Assembly: GCA_037379345.1 (NCBI GenBank)
Contig: CM074521.1
Coordinates: 18,004,704 to 18,068,703 of the forward strand
DNA length: 64,000 nucleotides
Source: Perna viridis
Lineage: Eukaryota
Direction of reading: 5' to 3'
Within the stretch, counting starts at the first letter, position 1. Each line of letters starts with the position of its first letter. Below the pieces are notes generated by a model, which did not search any database, was not told the DNA's origin, and saw nothing but the letters and a program-made list of their open reading frames with translations. Below are positions 37,456-63,701 of the stretch, in pieces. The translations under genes and the position numbers were made by a program.

Positions 37456-39907
37456 AGTCCACCGGTGCTTTTACGCTTTGTGTCCACTTGCTGAAGTAAT
37501 AAATATGACGTCATTGCCCAAGGACGTTTCCATGACAAAATTCAGTTGTAATTTTCCCTTGATTTCCTGACTATTAATTGGCGTTTTTCTTGTATAGGCT
37601 CGGGTATAATGTAGGGATTTTTTTTTAATTTGGCTTATATATATATAATTTGTTTGTAGTTTTCCTTTGTGTTTTCAGACCCATGGCAGGGATGTGTTTT
37701 GCTGTTTGTTAAAAGTATCTTTTAAGTTAAGAGGTGCGACAGATATAGCACGAAGAAATAAAAAATTTGTCCTATACGTAGTTATTAAAAACTGCAAGAG
37801 AGGGTGCAGGGTTATGAATTGTCTTTCACAGCTACCGTGACATTTTGAGATGATCTATGTTGGTGTCCAACATATTAAGCAGTAGTTTGAGGTTGACATG
37901 TATTAAAAATTGGAAACAGAAAGAAGTTTTAAAAATATAAGATTAAACATCAAAAACTTTGGTACAGATAAATCAGTATGTCATGATGACACTTAGTTGC
38001 AGCAATAAAACTGTAAGAATTCTGACATTTTATATCCATTTACAACAATCACGCATACAGTAATCGGTCATTGTAGATGAGTAAAACATGCTTTTGGTAC
38101 TAAGGAAATGTTTTGAAATTTGTTCACGATTATATTCACGATCTTGAAATCCTTTGCCTCTTTCTTCACGATCATAAAAGTGCTATTTTGTCTTATTAAT
38201 GAAAATTTATTTTAATAAATGAACATTAAGAACTTGTTATCTGAAATGAGAGTGTAAAGTCAGAGTGAATATGTGATTTGCTGATAACCAAAGTAATCAT
38301 TATTTCTTTGTCATTAAAAAAAATTTGTGGTTTGTTTACATTGGTTTGAACACTTACGTGAATATGTGAAAACTATATGGTTTTGGGCGTTGGCTATTAC
38401 TTGGAAATATAATATATATAACATCATTCTGATGGATTTCTTATTTTTCAATAACATACACTAAAATACAATTATTATAGTAGGAAAACATAACTGATCC
38501 TCCGTGTGATCCATCAATTATTTGTTATTAACGATCGTTAACATCCACCATTCACGACCAAGCTGCAATACTTGACTTATTTTATCGATCAGTTTACGTT
38601 CATTTCTTGATACTTTAACAGGGATGATATGCACTCATTGTTATATTTCATTTTTTTTTTAATAAAGTGATCAAAATGTGGCATTTAGAGACCAACCATC
38701 CAATCCACTAAAAACAATTCTTAACCCAATTATTGAACTTTTGTCTGAACTAGGCAAATCTATGGGATTTCAGAAATGAGGTTCATATCCGTCATGACTT
38801 TTCCGCTACATCTATATGTGATATTAATATCTTCTTCGTATTCTCTATTGTGTTTTTTTTTTTTTGCCTGACCCAAATGGGTAAATAAAATTCATGTATT
38901 ATATGCTACCTTACTCTAGCATTGCTAGAGCTTGCAAATTGTCTGGCAAGATAATTTCTGAGTTGGTGCCTGTATTGAGAAAAGGAATTTCAAACCTGGC
39001 ATTCTATTTACACTGGCTAAAAAATCATTTAAGCGGAAAATGTGTTATATGTGTTTATTTCTTTTGTAAGTGCATTTAAGATTTTTTGCCTTGTAAAGGT
39101 AAACTTCTTTAGGGTTTTATTTTCCTTTCTGTTGGTTTTTGTGTTAATCGTTCTAATATTGCATATGGCCCTTTTTATTGCACTTCAATCAATTATGGTC
39201 AGAAATTAAAATGCGACTACCCTTAACCAGTAACAATGACAATATCTTTTTGCCATCTGGCAATTATTTTTACAACCAGTGTCCTAATACATTATACATG
39301 CAAGCCACTATTTTAATACTACAGAATTGATACATGCTTTCTGTGTGAAAACACCAGTACTTGCTTACACTCTCGAATTTCCAGCCTGATTAATATATAA
39401 ATTGGTATATATGGGCTGCATATGTGAAAGGAAGCAAGCACCTGCATTGAAAACTCCACTTATCTGATATCGCTTTGTGATGTTAGGTCATTGTTAATGT
39501 CACTGAAGAAATATTTGAAAGTGAAAAAACAAGCCATGGCACTGAAAAGAAAAAAATGAAATATTTGCTGTGGCACTGAAAGGGTTAAGCATTATGAATC
39601 TATTGGATTCATCAAATTTCATATCATTTGGAAAATTAACCAATGAAGCTAGAATGGTTTGGAAGGTATGTGTGATTACTATTGCTATCAATCTCCCTTT
39701 TATCTCTTTACACAAGAGCCAGTATTAATGCTGTAGATTGTTTATAGTTCCTGATACTAAGCAGATATGGAAATGCAACTCTTGTAGTTCTTATATTATT
39801 TTTTTTTCTTACAAATAGGAGAGAAATCATTTCAGAAAAATGTGGGATTCATGTATTATTTTAAATATGTTTGCTTAAAGTTATAATCTCTTTATCTCTT
39901 CAAGGAA

Positions 39908-52610
<12,703 letters not shown>

Positions 52611-55601
52611 AAAACTGTACACAAAATCATGGTATTGTGGTTTAATTAAAGAAATTTTTATTAGAAGGATGGATGTTCAAGTGACAGGAACTCAGAATAT
52701 ATCTTTCAATAGATTGAATTTGAGGTTGCTGAAGAGGGACTGATGAATAAAATCTCCATTCAATAAATATAAACATGACTACTTGTATGCAGGTTATTGT
52801 CAAGATTTGGACATAATGACTTTAACAAAAAATATTCTCTCTGAAAAAATTATATTAGAGTGGTATACACATTGAATGAGTTAACAATATCAGTACAGGG
52901 ATATTAACCTGCTACAGTAAGTTTTTTTTTCCAAAACTCATGACAAAATTACATTCATCTGCTGTACTCTAAATGGACATCTTTCAAAAATTTAAGTTAT
53001 TTATGTTGATCTAGATGAATATACAATGATGTATGCCTGGTATGTTTGGAGATTATTTACAAAATATTAGAAGCCTCGATCAGGAGAGTACAAACTGTTG
53101 GATAAATGAAGAGAAATGAAACATATTTTAATGATGACACAGTTTAGAGGAATAGTGCTACCAATCTTTGTCATTGTTAATATTACCTTTGTTTTTATGT
53201 GACATTAAATGATACTATATTGTAGTATGTTCGTATTATTATTTCATATTGTAGTTTGCTAGAAAAGCAACCATTCACAATTACTAACATATTAAAAGGT
53301 TGAATAATATACAAAAACAAGTTACAAGCCCTGAATTATATTTTAACTCTTTTTTTGTGGAATGACACATTATAGTAAAGTTTTAAAATGATCCATTCAC
53401 ATGTACTCAAGTTACTGTCCCAACATAGACATTGAATTTATCTGGCCCCTTTTTGGCGTCTCATTCCAAAATAGCTCGTCATAACCCAAAAAATCTATTT
53501 AAGCCTTCCTTTGGTAGTATGGCCCCTCATTCTTCAATATCATAGAGATCCATTCACTGGAGGTCAAGTTATTGTCTAGATAATACATGTATCAGGAAAA
53601 TAATTGTTCTTGGTCTCTTTTTGGCCCCTATTTCCAAATGGTTCAAGTCACAACCTCCAAAAATCAATCTCGGGCTTCCTTTTGTGGTATGGCATTTGTG
53701 GTGTAATTTCACATTGATTTATACACTTATACTTTGTTTCTTAAGATTTTAAGCACAGGGGAGTATATTTCTACAAATTCACATCCGACTGACTGGTTCA
53801 GTATCAAATTGGAAATAATGGACAGAAGTAGACTTCAAATTCAAATATTCTATTTATAAGAGCCGCGGTAAGTACTTGGATACTTCAAAATAACTTATTT
53901 TGAACCATTCAGGTTTTTACTGAAGAGAAAATAGTTCAAGTTTCCAAGAAAAAATGTTTAGTGTTTTCCCTTTCCCAATGAGACCCATAACCAGGTTTCT
54001 GGGTGTTGGTGGGTAACATCCCTTTGAAAAACTTGCTAAAATGGCTTGTATTCCGTAAATATGAGAAATGACTAATTAGACCTTTTGTGTTTTGACCTAC
54101 AAGTCAATAAATGAAAATGATGATATACTACTGACAATATTTTATTGTCATGAAAATATCTGGTGATGGAGACATTTTTCTTCGATATAACACCTATAAT
54201 TTTCTAGTACACACAATATATAAAACTTTCCTTTAAGTTATAATGAACTGAAGTTGTTACAGAATTCAACATTCCAGCAACTTCCCTTACACCCATCTTA
54301 CTCAATCTTTCTATTTTCTCTTTTAGAATTCCATTTAATTTAATGATGTTCTTCTGCAGTTGTAACACACCAGAGGTGTTTTAAGGAGTGGAATCTCCAT
54401 TGAAAAATTTTGTTCTGTTTGTGCAAAATGTGGGCAAACACGAGCAAATAGTCTGACAACCCCTGAAAATCACTGGATCTCTACCTGATAATGCTCCATG
54501 TTTTAGAATATGATTACTGTCCGACTTGGACTTCATAAATATGAACACATGAATGTACAAAAGTAGCTATAATTTATTTTTTTAAAGTTTTTATTTTTTA
54601 TATAAAAACACAATAAAAATAACTAATAACTATTGCATAAACATAACAAGGATGAAATACAAAACATATAACATCAGTTACCTTTGTTATACAATTTACT
54701 GTTAACTCATCAATCACTAACTCAGTATTGGTACTGTTGGCATGTTTCCAAATTACCTAATTATACCCCCCGCTAAGAAGTTTGGTGGGTACATAGGTTT
54801 CACCCTGTTGGTCAGTCTATCTGTCCAAACTATTTTCTTATCAGCTTGCAGTATTATTATGAAACTTTGTGGGATGTAATATAACCACATGGAGATGTGC
54901 ATACTTTCAGGAATTTAGAAATGGCAGCAAAATTGTGTATCATAAGTGCTTAGTCTATCCACCATAAAAACTGTTTCCAATGTGAATTATGTGTCCACAG
55001 GGATATTGCCAATAGGAATCGTATGTCCACATTGGTTCCTAAATTTCAACAGGCTGCCAGTAGTATAAGTCCTATTCAGGGCAATGTCTAGTTTGCTATT
55101 GGGGAAATATATGTCACTTTTTTTTGGAAAGTCACAATTGAAAATTGGTTAATTTTCTTTGGAAATTTCTTTTTAGAAAGCCATCTTATATATTTATCAT
55201 GGGAAACTGTTTTATTTCAGTGCTAATTTAAGGAAAAAATCAATCAGAACTCCTCAGCCTTTCTAGTTACACAGAAGAAATACCTCCGATGCATTAGACA
55301 AAAGAATCTACCCAGAATTTGACCAATCTGATCTAAAATTATGGTTTTTACTGTTTGAAATTTTGAAATCTAGAAATGATTACATTTACTGTGCTTATCA
55401 TTAAAATAAGCTAATACAGGCACACATTTTTTACATGAACACTAAAATGTGCTATATTCAATGTTGTTTCATGCAGATGAAACACCAAATAATGATACAT
55501 TCTATTCTTAAATGTGAACCCATGTCCTATATATGTATTTAGTTTGTTTGTTATCCATCAATTTTTATGGTTGAACATTACTAAAGTTAAAAATCCACAC
55601 A

Positions 55602-58600
55602 TTACAAGTGGATATCATGTTTTCTCAAGGCATCTTCAGCAGCACTGACAACTTCATCTTTTGAACCTGAGGCATCTATTTCTAAACATCCTGGATCTGC
55701 CATTCTTCTGTAAGCTTCACATAACCTGAAATGAATGTTCAGTTTCACTGATTGTTACAAAATTAATCCAATGAAGGTCAGGGCCTTGTTTCATAAAACA
55801 ATATTAATTTGAGGATTTTCTTAAATCCTCCCTCAACTGAAATTTTGACCAACCAGAACACATGAAATTGAAGACATGAGGGAACACAAGAAATTGAGAA
55901 AACATCTCAACTGATTTTTTTATGAAAGGGCCCAGGCAATATAAAAAAAAAAACTCTATCATTTTCCAAAGTAAAGCTCTGCCCCATAGACTACTCCAAA
56001 TCAACAAGAGAAAAATAAAGGTTACTAAAAATAGTAACAATGGCCTTGCATCCTTTTTATTAGAGGATAAAGTCTTTATAACAGAAACCTATACAAATTT
56101 AACCTAAGACCTTTGAACCATTCCATCTAATTTCCATTTGATAGGAAATAAATCAGCTACATGTAAATGCATAAGACAGGTCACCTTGTTGATATAAAGG
56201 CTATAAAGAGCTCAATGTCCTTGTAACCAGTATAATACATGGTTCAAACCTTATTAGTCTTCTGATAGTAACATCACAACCTTCTTTCCCCATCTAAACA
56301 AAATGTTCTTAGCATCATTTTGGTTTGCCTGATAACACTTCATCACTTCCAGTGGGAATCATACTCCTACTATGTTTTCACGGACTATTGTCTAAATGAA
56401 TTTTTTTTTACATTTGCTGTGTACAATATCAATACCTTATATCAGGTTATTTTGGTAGGGTGCTAATTAAAGCAATTTTTGTGGATATATGTAAAAAACA
56501 ACAAAATAAATTTCACCATATAATTATACATGGCTTAAGTATTTAGTGCATCACTTATCATCCAGAAATAATATATATGCTAAATGTTTTGGTATACCCT
56601 TTTGCCTCAAAATCACAAAATTTTAAACCTGCCAAAATAATCCATCATACAGTATACTAACCTTGCCCTAAACAACACGTCTTTGTCCAAATGTTTCTCT
56701 TCAAAAGTCTTTTCACCACCTCTTCCCATTATTCTCTGTTTCCTAACTTCCTCTGTGACAGACAGAAATAGGACCAAAGTTGGTTTAATTAGATCAGTAG
56801 GCCACTGGTACACCCAATGACCACTTGATGGAAGATCGGATGAGCTTGTTTCATTGGCAATACCATAAGCAGTAGTACTGTGCCAGAATCTGGAAAAATC
56901 AAAACTTGTTACTGCTAAAATTCCAATCTAGTTCTTTACTTATTTTGAAATATAACCTTTCGTAATTGTTAGTTTAAGTATCAAATTATTATCATACAAA
57001 AAATCTTCAACAGGGAGTTTATATTATAAAGTCCCTGTCCTTGATAAGTTAATAAAGTCCAACTTAACATCTGTCCCAAGGTGACTTAGTGACTGAAGTG
57101 ATCCTAAGCATGTTGTACTTAACATAATACTTTTTTTTTTGTCAGCTAATCATGATTGTTAAATAAAATGAAAAGCCTGAGGACCCTCAATTTGAAGAGA
57201 CAGCAGAATGAAGTGTTGCTAGACCCTTCACATAGTGGCTGAAGGGAACAATTAGTAGGTCTAATCTAATTGAAATTAGATTGAAGTCATACACAAGATA
57301 AATCTGGGAACAGGATGTATGTAGATAATAAAAGCAAAATATTACTTGACCTCAGCGGTTAGTAGAAGCATTATCAGAAAGGTTAGTTACATAGATTTTC
57401 TCATTTGCATGTGTAATGTATATTAATGGTATAAAGAAGGACTTGTATCATTGAAGATTTTGTTTTACTCTAATCATAACTCACCTATCCATGATAACAG
57501 CTTTGTTTTGACATTCCTGAGATATCTGTATTGAAACAATATAGTTACCAATACAATAGTATGCTCTCCTGATGATCTCAGGCAATGTGTCAAAAAACTT
57601 CCTAAGATGGCTGATTTCTGGGGGAGGAGTGTAATATCTAGTTGCATTTAGTTTCTTCTCAAGAGTTTCTGTCAGAGTTGTCTTCCCTGAAATATGATAT
57701 AAGTTATATCAATTCAAACTGCTTAACTGAGATTTATCACATTAAAAATCAGAAACTGTGTTTATATCTTTTCTACATAAAAAAAATCCTTGAATTTGTA
57801 GGATCTCTTAAGATATTAAAATTAACTCCATTCTCAATGAATATGTACCAGTATTCACTATAAAATTATCTATTTGACTGAAAAAGCCATAAATATGTAA
57901 AAAATGCCTAGAATTTTTTATATCAAACTTTGTCCATGTATGAGAAGTAATTGATGTTAAAACCCAAGGATAAACATACTGATCATTGCTATGACAACAG
58001 AAAGAGTGCACTATTAGGCCAAAAAAAAATATGTATGTTTAAGGTTACAATGGGTGACAAATAAGGGTAGGTACAATGTAGGTGGTTAAATTTTTTTTTT
58101 TAATTATTTCACGTATGGCAGAATTTCTTGACATAAAATTACCAATAAAATGTGCTATGGTAGGTAGGATAACCTTACACAGACAAGTTTTTTCTTGGCC
58201 TTACGACTTCCAATGCACATACATATTGTCCTGGTTAGTTTATATCATCTAATACAGTTAAGTTTTTTATCTTGAATTGCCTAAAAGAAAAAAACCTGTT
58301 GCATCCAATCCTTCAACAACCACAAATGGATGGGTAATCAGACTCTGAAGATGGTTGACACTAAAGTCTCCAGGAATATGTTTGTCAGCTATGTCCAGCA
58401 GAGTGACAACTTCTGGCATATATGTACACTGAAATGGACAGATTTTTCAAATTAATTTATGGCAGCACAGTCTTCAAATGTAATTTTAACCACTGACAAG
58501 CCTAGCAGCCAAGGCTAGAAGAAGCAGACAAGCTTGTGACATTTGACAAAACTTTAAGTTACATTACCATAAGTATACATGTACTGGTTAAAATAAAAAA

Positions 58601-61600
58601 ATCATGGGTGAAAAAAAACCATTGTAAATGTCTTGTAAGTAAATTAATTTGATAATAAAAGCATCAAATTGACAGTGTAATCCTTTAATTTTTTTTCTGA
58701 ATGGTCTCATCCAGTATTACTTTCACACAGAAAATACAACTCCCCCTGTAAAAACTCCAAAAGCATTTCAACCATATGTTTATATGGCAGGATGGATAGG
58801 GGATGGGGATACAAGGGTTAAGGGGATGGGAATCAGTGGTTAAAGGGGCATGGAATGGGGGTGGAGGGGGTGGGGAATGCAGAGTGAAGGGGCAGGGAAC
58901 AGAAAGTGAGAAATACTGGAAGCGGGGCTTATGGTTGGGAACAATAACTAGGGGGGGGGGTAAAATGAAAAGGGTCGGGAAGCGATAGTCAAGAGGGTGG
59001 GAGACAATGGTCTAGGGGTAGAAAAGCAAGGATTAAGTATCCCCTATCCATCCCTTCATGTATGGTGCAGTTATCCTGATGAAGTACTGCCGGAGCTTGC
59101 TAAAAATTAGCATAAAAAGGTCTGCATATCCAATGCATCATATTGCATGAATATAATATAGTCGGCACATGGCAGCTGCATGGAAACAAGTGCCTGTTCA
59201 GAAAACATATATCTAAAGTAATCTAACACCTGAGAATTTTAGAACTACAAGTTCATTTATATTTAACCAGCCACTTTTTTTTCAGGACAATTTCATGGTC
59301 ATTCAACTTGTGCATTCCTAACTGTCTTTCCTGAATAAGGTTCAGCAATGCCTAAAATTAAACAGCTTTCTGATGTATGAATGGAAGCCTCTGAAAAATA
59401 TATGTATTAATACATTTTTAATCAGCTGATAGCTGAAATATATTTGACTGTCCTATTTGACTGAACTGGATCATTAGCACCACATTATTTTGACTATCCA
59501 TGGTCATGCACTAAAAGAGTTTGAACTCTCCAAAATTAAAGAGGAGGCATCAGGCAAATGACTTTTACAGTAGATTTTTTTTTCAAAATTGGAACAGCAG
59601 CAATACCTTAATTTTAGCATACCAATAAAAAATAGGAATAACTTAACTAAAATAATAAAAAAAATAACATTCAACCTTATCTATTGAGACTGGTAGATAC
59701 TTCAAACCCAAAACTTCACAAAATGAAAGACTTTGTAAATTCTATGTTGACCAAGTGGAGGATGAATTGCATTTCTAGTTTAATATCCCTTATTATAATT
59801 ATTAAGGAAATAAATATGGAATATAAGTTAATTCATAATGGAAGTAATTCAAGACAGGGACCATCCCACTGTCTAGTCAATGTGATATGAATAATGACGA
59901 CTATAGGTACTCAGTGCTTGATATATAATCATATACATTGAGATTACTTATAAACTGAATATTTATATATGTAGTGTCTATGTAATGTGTTTGGATATCT
60001 ACTCTTTGTTCTCCTTCCAAAAAAATTTTGAATTGAATTGAAAAAAATTTAATGTGCATGGCCATGGAAAATAAAAAAAATTTAAAAGTCATTACACCAA
60101 CATTTTGGGGCAATTTTGATGATTTATATGAATTCATGAATTCAATCCCCTGTGATATACAACTGAAGCAAGTAAAAAGAAATTTACTTCAATAGTTCAT
60201 GAGTTTAAATTCACCAAAACCAGACAAGTTATGATGTTAAGGAGGTAAACCTGGGGTAAGGGCAATTACTCTAGAAATCAGTGATATGATTGTATCATAT
60301 TCAATTTCACTAAAGCCTATCAAGCTTCCATTTGAAACAGAATGAAATCAGTCCAAGTTACTTTGATGATGTAAAATGCTGAATACAAACGTTCCAATGA
60401 TTTTTAAGAGTTGTCTTTCTTACCCTAGGTCTACGTACTTAAGGGATGGTCAAGATGACAAAGTGAAAGGAGAAAATGTTGAGGTCAGGACAGGACCAAA
60501 ATGGGTAGCCAAGAATACAGTAGAAGATGCAGAGAGCCAGTTGGTACATAGAGACATTGTTAGGGTGGTAATAACATCAGGAAGACTTAGTTTTCGGAAA
60601 AATCAAGCAACTGTCGTGGCAGTCAGCTGATTCAAGACAAAGACGAGAACTTGTTCAGAAGGAAGTTTGTTGCGCGGAATAAGAAGATCATCAAGTGAAG
60701 GCCACAGGTATGAGACAACAAGGCCAATATATGAAGTGGGAATCGGCAAGACCCAGAAAGATTGGCTGGCAAGTGAGGTGTAGAATGGTGGTCAGAAGAC
60801 AAGCTTTTTACTTCAAGCCGTATACAAAGTACTACCAACTCCCACAAACCTTACCATATGGAAACTGACTGAAGATTCTAGTTGTAAATTGTGTGGACAA
60901 CACATTTTGTCATCTTGCAGGATGGCCTTAAAGGATGGAAAATACACATGACATCATGACCAAGTACTGTGAGAGATATCAGCAGCCTTAGATAATCAAA
61001 GGAGAAAAAAAAACTCAGATACAGAAGGGGCCAAAGTCTATCAACTTCATTAAAAGTGGTGGCGAATCAACTAAAAACACAAATATCAAAGCCAGTGGAA
61101 TCTTGACAACAGCAAATGACAGGGAAATTCCAGCTGACGTCGGAATGAAGACAACCTTCCAAAGAGAAGTGATCACAACCCTTCGACAAGATATTGTGCT
61201 TTGGTCTAGAAAAAGCAGACAGGTAATTCTTGTAGAGTTGACAGTCCCATGGAAATCAAGTCTTGAAGAAGTCCATCAGAGAAAGCTATCTAAGTACCAA
61301 GACTTAGGACTCAAGGAAATCCAGGACAAGAAGTGAAAGGCATGGTATTTCACGGTGGAGGTGGGCTGTAGAGGCTTTGTTTCCCAAACTTTAAGGAGAG
61401 CACTTGGGTCCCTTGGAATGACTGGGCAATTAAGAAGACAATTAGTTGGAAGAATGGGGAAGTAAGCATAAGAAGCTTCTGGTTGGAAATGTCGACAGAG
61501 AGAAGAGCAGTGGAAGAGCTAGCTGGTTATTTGCTGAGCCTGATCAACTCAGTCAACACATCTCCTGAAGATTGTCATGGACAGCACTGAAACAGTCAAG

Positions 61601-62260
61601 GAGAGGGGATCCACCTGATGATGGAACCAGTTGCACAGTATTCACCTTTTTTAATATTTCTCTTGTGGATTGGTAGTTGTGATAAACTGGACACAAATCT
61701 GAAGATGAAAATAATCTAGACTGACAATAGCCAGTCAAAGGACCTTTGTGTTCTGTAAAGCTGTCTGTCAGTCTGTACCATCTGTCTGATAATATGTCCT
61801 TGGTTTTTGAATCCTTCTCTAACACTCTAAATCTTCTATCTCTTCCCTGTAATATACATTTTACAGAGAAATGCATCTGATAGCCACTTTCCATTGCAAA
61901 GTCAATAATTTCTTCTTCACTAAAATTACTGTTTTGTGACAATCTGTGAACACACACTCCACGTGCAATCTGGTCTCCCAACGTGTGCGTTTTTGAGCCG
62001 TACATTAATGACACATCACAATGATATTTAGAAATTGCATCTCTGAAGAATTTCAGAGCTCTGATTGCACTTTTCAGAAAGTTTGGAACCATATCGCAGT
62101 CCTCACTTATTACACAGCAGAAAAACAAAATAGTGTCCTGGTCAGAAATGCAATTTGAAAGTGAAAGTACGTTTGATTTTGAATCAACATTTGATGGGTC
62201 AGATTCGCATTCTGGATGTAAGTTTAAAGAATCGTCCGGAAACGCAACATGAAATTTCAT
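55602..62260 (-). CDS. CMPK2: UMP-CMP kinase 2-like (thymidylate-kinase family with N-terminal extension), 5 coding exons, about 433 aa; start codon uncertain
   Basis: Exons 62260-61646, 58428-58296 (CTYMPEV...VVEGLDATG), 57686-57485 (KTTLT...IIRRAYYCIGNY...VIMDR), 56889-56662 (FWHSTTAYGIANE...VYQWPTDLIKP...RGGEKTFEE) and 55725-55602 (EAYRRMADPGCLEIDASGS...TAA). The P-loop EGLDATGKTT, DRFWHST and YQWP.DL.KP motifs are CMPK2-like. Confidence 0.9.
58017..58200. mobile_element. PIF/Harbinger-like MITE (TTA TSD)
   Basis: TTA|GGCCAAAAAAAAATATGTATGTTTAAGGTTA...TAACCTTACACAGACAAGTTTTTTCTTGGCC|TTA. Confidence 0.75.
58790..59053. repeat. G-rich tract bounded by perfect 15-bp inverted repeats
   Basis: GGATGGATAGGGGAT ... 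ATCCCCTATCCATCC, with many G3-G9 runs on the + strand. Confidence 0.75.
60241..60438. mobile_element. MITE family B copy (opposite orientation)
   Basis: TTAA|GGAGGTAAACCTGGGG...CCCTAGGTCTACGTAC|TTAA. The interior is the reverse complement of the 27.4 kb copy. Confidence 0.8.
60443..61630 (+). mobile_element. Decayed 3' part of an RLE-type non-LTR retrotransposon (HERO/NeSL-like), antisense in CMPK2 intron 1
   Basis: Fragments VRTGPKW..AESQL, CCHC knuckle CKLCGQHILSSC..GKYT*HHDQVL, restriction-like endonuclease LRQDIVLWS..VILVELTVPW..RKLSKYQDL and VEVGCRGF. Many stops and frameshifts. Confidence 0.85.
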
Positions 62261-63674
62261 ATCTGTATAAAAGTTATTACAGTTAGAAGTCACATTGAAA
62301 TGATACACTCGACATAAAAATGTTCTGGCGGTTTTATTTCAAATCCAACTTACTTCCACTTTGAACAGAGTATTTGTACTAAAAACGGGAAGTCGATCCC
62401 GAGCGCGTTGTACAATTAACAATGCTTATATTTTCACGCACATGTTAAAATCACTTAACTCAAGAAATTGTCAGAAACAGTAGAATTAAGCAAATAATAT
62501 TTATCTAGAATCAGATACTATATATTTAATCGTAAACAAAACAATTTTCATTCACGAGCTCGATGAACTCTCATGACACAAGAAATCCGCCCCAAATATT
62601 TCTGGTCTGCCACCTGTAGGCACTAATTATCTTTGGTAACGGGATAGTACAGATAAGTTCATTCATGGATTTATTTTCTCAGCATGGTATCTTTTCTGAA
62701 TCCGGGGCGGTTTGTCTTGTCATGACCAACATTATGTACATGTAGATATGTAATATGGAGTAGGCAATACCTAAAACAGCGAGCACCGTGAGCTTTATCA
62801 TACATGTACCGTCTGTGCGAGATTCCTAAAAATAATAAAGGACATTACAAAGAGGGTGGGGGGTGGGTCGACACGGATGAAAATTTTTGCTTCGCAAGTG
62901 CAATGTTTTTATTTGTCTTCAAGCAGCAACCGAAATCAATATTTTTATTTGAAAATCTATCTTGTTAATTAAGGGGGAGTTTTTTTTCAATAAATGAATA
63001 ACTTGATTTTTTCCCAAAAAAATCCAACCCCATTCTCCCCTTTTCCCTCGCTCTCAGAATTTAATTTTATATAGCACTTCGCAATACTTTGTATTTTTTA
63101 TCCCTTAAGGGCATCTCTAGCAACATCCATTTCAGTTTTGGCCGGTCAGATCAATCTGTGCAGTTATCGGAAATATTACAGTTCTCCACGGATGGTGGGA
63201 ATATTTTACACATATCATGTGACGTAAACAAAATTCAGGAGCAGACGACAGGTGCAAAGAAAATGATTGCCTTTCCTATCTTAGAAAAGCTATGCTTCGA
63301 TTTGGATAATACAAACGGAGTCATACTTTTTCCAAAGCGGGTTAGGTTCTTGACAACAGCAACAGTGGAACAGCGGAAATAAACGTACGTACATCCACGT
63401 GTTTCCCGAAGTTTTTAAAAACATCACATTCACTTCTTTAATTTTAAATAAGAAAAAAAAATGGGAAAAGACTTGAAAAGTATCAGAAAAGAAGAATTTA
63501 TTTTCACTGAAACGTAATCTTCACCTATATTTTTTTATTTTTTTGATTGAAGGAAATGATGAATTTTCTCCGTAAGGACAGTCACTTTTTGTTACTTCCG
63601 GGACATGACCTTTTTTTCGTTAATATATTGGGGAACCTTAAGGGAAATTTGGAAAGTACACGTAATGACCGTAG

Positions 63675-63701
63675 AGCTCACACCGCGAAGCGGTGTGAGC
63701 T
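63675..63701. repeat. Perfect 12-bp-stem hairpin with a GAA loop
   Basis: AGCTCACACCGC-GAA-GCGGTGTGAGCT. Confidence 0.85.

Noticed and set aside
61560-61625. Hammerhead-like words (CTGAAGA...GAAACAGTC, CTGATGA) in the retroelement 3'UTR
   Set aside because: Stems I and II do not close correctly next to the core.
62261-62308. GTG start of the 251-aa ORF in the track
   Set aside because: A non-ATG start is unsupported in an animal gene. The first ATG is at 62260.
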